A stretch of DNA of 29,972 nucleotides, from assembly GCA_050230475.1 (NCBI GenBank), contig JBFLGF010000223.1:62001-91972 (forward strand), given 5' to 3'. Below are positions 24,974-29,972 of the stretch, one piece after another. Numbering within the stretch: position 1 is the first letter of the stretch; every line of letters begins with the position of its first letter. Under the pieces are notes generated by a model, which did no database searches, had not been told where the DNA came from, and was given only the letters and a program-made list of their open reading frames with translations. Source of the stretch: Ancylonema sp. Taxonomy: Eukaryota. The position numbers and the translations under genes are program-made.

Positions 24974-25191
24974 GACTGCCTGCGATATCGGTCAAATAGA
25001 GCAAAATATCAAAATGGTTACCTCGTAGGCAGTTGAATGATTTTTATAGGATGCCACCAAACACGCCAGGCAATTGTATGATTTTTACAAGCAGTCACCA
25101 ACTTTCCTCAAGCAAGAAAGCACCTTGAAGTCAATATTAATACATTCTAATGCTGAATACATTTCCCTCGCCTTTCTTTATGCCAGCAGTC

Positions 25192-25759
25192 TGCGGATGT
25201 CAGAGGAAAGCTCGCGCCAATTCCGCGGAGTGCGTCAGCGGCGAGGTGTCCGGATGCCAGCATCGGGAGGAAGCGTTCTCCGAAAGTTCACTTTCAGTTG
25301 ATGACGTACTCGGACCAGCCGGCTGGAGCTCCAGCCGGATTCCGCGGAGGATCCTCCGAGATTCCGACGCTTATCGAAAATTTGCATTCCAGCCGGCTGG
25401 AATCTTCCCTCCGAATTTCAGCAGGCTGTAATCGCTCCTCCGAATTTCAGCCGGCTGTAATCGCTGCTCCGAATTTCAGACAGCTGGAATTCGGAGTAAT
25501 TGCAAGGTAAATAGGGGAAGAAAAAATATATAAAAATAAAAATATGAAAAAATCGGCTTAGTCGGAGAAAATACGGCTGGAACTTGGAGAAAGAATTTCT
25601 GCCGGCTGGAACTTGGAGAAAGAATTTCTGCCGGCTGGAATGCGGAGGAAGAAGTTGGGCCGGCTGAAATCGGAGGAATCGGCTGAATTTTGGCTAGACT
25701 TCCAGCCGCCTGGAATGCGGAGGAATCGGCTGGAGCGCCAGCCGACTCCGACATCCCTA
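25192..25759. mobile_element. Non-autonomous hAT-like element with subterminal CAGCCGGCTG / CCGAATTT / CGGAGGAA repeats
   Basis: Right end GACATCCCTA (reverse complement TAGGGATGTC, like the Ac-type TAGGGATG TIR); degenerate left end TGCGGATGTCAGAG. Internal repeats switch orientation around an A-rich core (about 25510-25552); 29-bp tandem near 25574-25640. No 8-bp TSD evident. Confidence 0.6.
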
Positions 25760-26417
25760 AGTTGGAGGGGCCCACCACTACTTTCAGTGCATCAGGGTGT
25801 ATGGTATCTTATGAAATCATGTACGGTATTGCATGAAACAGTACGGCACTTGATGCTCGCGTGGGCCCCACTCTCCAACCCGATTACCATGCCGTAAGAC
25901 TGGCCACCACCGCACTGTGAAGGTGGCCCGTCTAATCCCAATCCGGAGCCCGGATCCGAAGTGGCCACTCTGGAAATCGGCGGACTGTGGGGGGCTGGAA
26001 AAATCAAATACGCTAGTCGGACTGGATACGTGTAGAATTGGACTAGGTAGACTCGGATAGTTGGATTTTGGTTGGCCGACTCGTAGACCGCACTATTCAC
26101 AAAACAATTTAACATCGACAAAACGTCGACATTAAAAAAAAGTCCACATCGACCATCATAAAAAAAAATCACATTGACAGTCACATCGACGATATCACCG
26201 ACACACACATTCTTGTTGAAGAAACGATACCTTTTCCCTCTCTTACACCACCCCGACATACGATCATGAGGGGTGCACACCCTTGTCAAATTTGACACAT
26301 AGCAACCACACCAAACATGGTATGGTGGGTAACTCAAAATATTGAAGAGTTGTCTCAACACTTATGAATGAAAGACATTGTTCCTTTTTGAAACCTCTCA
26401 AATGTCGCGTTCGGCAC

Positions 26418-29400
26418 TTAGTCACGCCACCTGTGTCCACACGTGTTTGACGCGCAAACAAAGAAGAGCATCATGCCCTCATCTCCTCGAGTATTGGTGG
26501 CCTGCGTGTGGCAATCCAAACAAATAAAAATGACGCTTAAACGTCCATGTTGAGAATCAATGCCATCATAGCACGCCAATAAAGGCTTATGACGACCATC
26601 ACCATAAACTAAACCATTTTTTTTATGGGTCCGAAACACTCCTAAAGTGAAAAAAGTATTGGGTCCGAATGAAGACCATTTTTGTTTTATTTTGATCATA
26701 TTGACTGGTGCCTTCATCGTTTCGACCGAACTAAGGCATAATAGAGTGGCATCTTATACCACACCCTCGAAAATCTGAAATTGCTATGGACGGAATCACA
26801 TACCACTTGGACCACACCTCAAAGAAACACGTCACAAAAAGGAAAGAGATTGTATCAAGTTATGGTACATTAAACTCATACATTGATGAACAACCCAATC
26901 TTTTGGTCACCCACACCATCCCATTCTCACTTCCATTGCCCCCACCACCCCATCCCATTCCCAACCTCCCTCGAATAATCTCCCACCTGGAAAAAGACGG
27001 CTTCCGGGTTTCCACATTTGGGGCACTTCACTTCTTTGGTTCGGGGGAGAGTGGGGTCAGCAGTGACATCAGCGAGCACCGTGGTCTTCTCATCTGTAGT
27101 GTGGATCACTTCGTTGCGATATACGCACATGTTAGTGGCGGCCTCCTTCAAATCGAATAAGAGAGAGGGAGGGAGAAGTAGAATCATTCTTTGTTGTATT
27201 TCTCATTCCCCCACTCCCCCTCCCCCTCTCCCTCCCCACTTTGCCGTTACCACGAGCCTCTCGGCAGAAAGAGCCATGTGTGAAATACTCGAATGCATCG
27301 TGGAATTGCTTTTATGTTTCTACCTCTTTCCTTTTCTACCTCTTTCCTTCTTGTTTCACTGATGATGAGACATGTGTGCATTGTGTGTGTGTGTATTAGA
27401 ATAATATTACTTGTTATATTAGTGACGGATTGCGAACATCCAGCAATAATAAAAGCATTGAAGATCATATGAATATAAATGCTTGAAGACACGTATTTGT
27501 GTCATATGCGCACACATGCAAGTTCCTTAATCTCATGTACATGCTGCAGAGGAAATCATACATGCATAGAGCTAATCAATAAACCTCCATGCCCACGATA
27601 AATCTCCCTTATAATCATGGACACGTATTAAATATTTTTCTCAAAACACCCTTGCCGACAACAATATTCTTGGCTCTTATCTACATGAGTAGACAACAAA
27701 ATATAGATCCCATTTGGAATATCGTTTTGATAAAAAACATGACAACCACACAATGTACGAGAAACAAACTAATCATATTATCTATAACTACATATAATTT
27801 GTGTATCATACTTGCAAATTTGTGCAAAGAAGTTGTACTCATACCTTATATGTCTTTGCACATTCAAAGTGCTCGTCTACGTATGTGTACATGTGTGTAT
27901 GAGTGTGTGTATACACGTGTGTGGACTAGTGTGTATAGTCAACTCTTTCACGTACTGTAACATTCTGTTGAAAGATTGACTAGCACTACTTCGCAACAAA
28001 ACCGCCAAACGAGCGTATGTCACCTCGGAAATGAAGATGTCCATACTTGTTTTTTCTTGAGGGGTTTTGCGATTTGCACATGTATTCCCAAAAAAAAAGT
28101 GTTTTATAGGTAGAATATGGGAGTGCATGTAGGGAAATGCACGTTGGTGGACTAGCATACAACCAATGTGGTCATTTCTACTAGGATGACAAGAAGGATA
28201 GGATGTATAACGAAATCATAGAGTTACATTATTTGGCTGAAAGCATGGACCCATACGTCCGATTTGGAAACGTCCGAATCACACATTGCTATGCATGTAT
28301 ATTCACTTTTACATGCCATCTATTGGTCGTGTGCTTGTGTGAGGAGTCACGTAGCACAAGGGATGTTGCAAACATATAAGGAAGAGGAAGTTGCGTGGAA
28401 CCTTCAGAGAGCTCACCGAGTGCTCGCAGTTGCGGCATGCGTACAAAAGTTGGGCGTTCTTCTTGTCTTCTTTTGGGTAAAGAATGTTTTCACTGCGAGA
28501 AAACGAGGGGTAAGGGGTACACTAAAACCGCAAGTACATCCTTTTTATTTTTGCAACATGCGAGAGTGGAGAAATTTTATTTGAAAGCATAGAAGGACAT
28601 TCAAGCTTCATAAAAGCGGAGAAAGTAAAAATTCTTACTAGCACACAATTGGCTGGTTCTTAACATTCGGAATAGATATTGACGACGAGGAAAAAAAAAT
28701 CTAAAAAATAATCAATAATATAGTTTCTTAAAAAGAAACAAATTATTCAATTTTTAAAAACAAAATTTTGTTGTTTTAAGAGATCACATTTATCCACTTC
28801 TCAGACATCGTGGATGACATCAGGTAAACATGAAAAAAACGTGTTTTTCAATCGTGAAATAAATTCTTTATAATCCTTATCTAAAATATAGGGAGTCCCT
28901 ACATGGCCCATAAAATTTCCACTTAGCTTTCAATCCTGGTGGAATGCCGATCATAAGGTTGTGAAATATTTACAATCAAACATTGCTCCTCCCTACATGT
29001 GTGTTATATATATAGTATGTATAGAACTCTCTATACATACACATATTGGGATTTTTTTTTGTGGATGTACATAGTTATGTCATTGCAGTTGTTTCTGTAT
29101 TATTATTTGTGAATATTAGTGCACTTGTAATCGTAATGTACCACGTAATGTGTTGTCTGGGTACATTGTTGCATTTGCATGTATTCAAGTATACTGTATG
29201 TACATATGTGTGTATGTGTATAAATTTATGTACATGTATATGTATATGTCTATGCCTACACCTATGACTATATCTTTGTATATGTGTACTCAATGTCTAC
29301 GTACATGTATTAATATATTTGCATGTCTACATTAATGTTTATGTTTGTGTATATACATCTATATATACATTGATATTCATATAAGTATGTGTATATTTAC

Positions 29401-29955
29401 GTACATGTGTATATGTATATGTTTATGTGTATGTGTATACATGTGTATTTGTTTATGTGTAATATAATGGACATACAATTGTGTTCCTGTATGAACATTA
29501 GATGAAAGAAATTAATTACAAATCGAAACTCTACTGAACTGTGAACAAGAGGTCTGGACCGTTGTTCAATTTTTTGAAAGATTGAGAACGGATGGCGGTT
29601 GGTCATTCAGTGAGAATAAGGTGGGATTGAAATTCATCATGTAGTTGGTGATTGGTGATTTACAATTTCTGCGAATAAAATGTGGCGACGGAGAACGGCA
29701 TTAAACGATTTCTTTCTCTCATCTAAAGCTCCTAGCCATAAGTTTGTAAACAGTCCTATGAGATCCGGGCGGAACTCACCAGGTGGACTGTGCATCTCAG
29801 CGATCAGAACAAGTGGTGATATATTTCACATGTACGAGGTGATTTTACACTTCTGTTTGACTAAATTCCTCGCTGTTTTCTGCAGACATTCGGCATGAAC
29901 CTAGAGGTGAGCGTTCAGTGACTTACCACTCGGGACAGAATTTCATGGTACTCAT
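26418..29955 (-). CDS. RPB9: DNA-directed RNA polymerase II (IV/V shared) subunit 9, 4 exons, 115 aa
   Basis: Exons 29955-29927, 28492-28417, 27145-26987, 26501-26418 give [48 protein letters not shown]...[51 protein letters not shown], with both zinc ribbons intact. Confidence 0.97.
29005..29462. repeat. Degenerate (TATG)n/(TG)n low-complexity tract in RPB9 intron 1
   Basis: Direct reading. Confidence 0.85.
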
Positions 29956-29972
29956 CGTGCGGTGGTTGCAGA

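Noticed and set aside
1..29972. tRNA, rRNA, snRNA, snoRNA or hammerhead ribozyme genes
   Set aside because: No convincing T-loop/cloverleaf, USE promoter, paired C/D boxes or hammerhead core seen by eye; a covariance-model search would be needed to exclude them.

Overview
Eukaryotic, intron-rich green-plant (streptophyte-type) genomic DNA; the species cannot be named from the sequence. Five spliced genes can be built by hand with GT-AG introns and consistent phases: the 3' end of an unknown coiled-coil protein (+, <1-857), a 16-exon LRR receptor-like kinase (-, 10512-2559, 846 aa), a 4-exon RING-CH/MARCH-type membrane E3 ligase (+, 13290-15391, 205 aa), a 3-exon SURNod19-family secreted protein (-, 24973-23291, 450 aa) and RNA polymerase subunit RPB9 (-, 29955-26418, 115 aa). 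Introns and intergenic DNA carry micro/minisatellites and hAT-like non-autonomous elements. The most unusual signal is a set of intergenic blocks (about 11600-12200, 12490-13090, 17490-18120, 19440-20060, 20430-21450) that fit their surroundings better when each base is complemented in place, without reversal. Flanking repeat motifs continue into three blocks only in that reading. CATG/GATC versus GTAC/CTAG usage is inverted in several. A decayed LINE endonuclease is legible only in that reading. No known biological process does this, so an in-silico or assembly origin is the leading explanation until raw reads say otherwise. Block boundaries are approximate and all counts are by hand.
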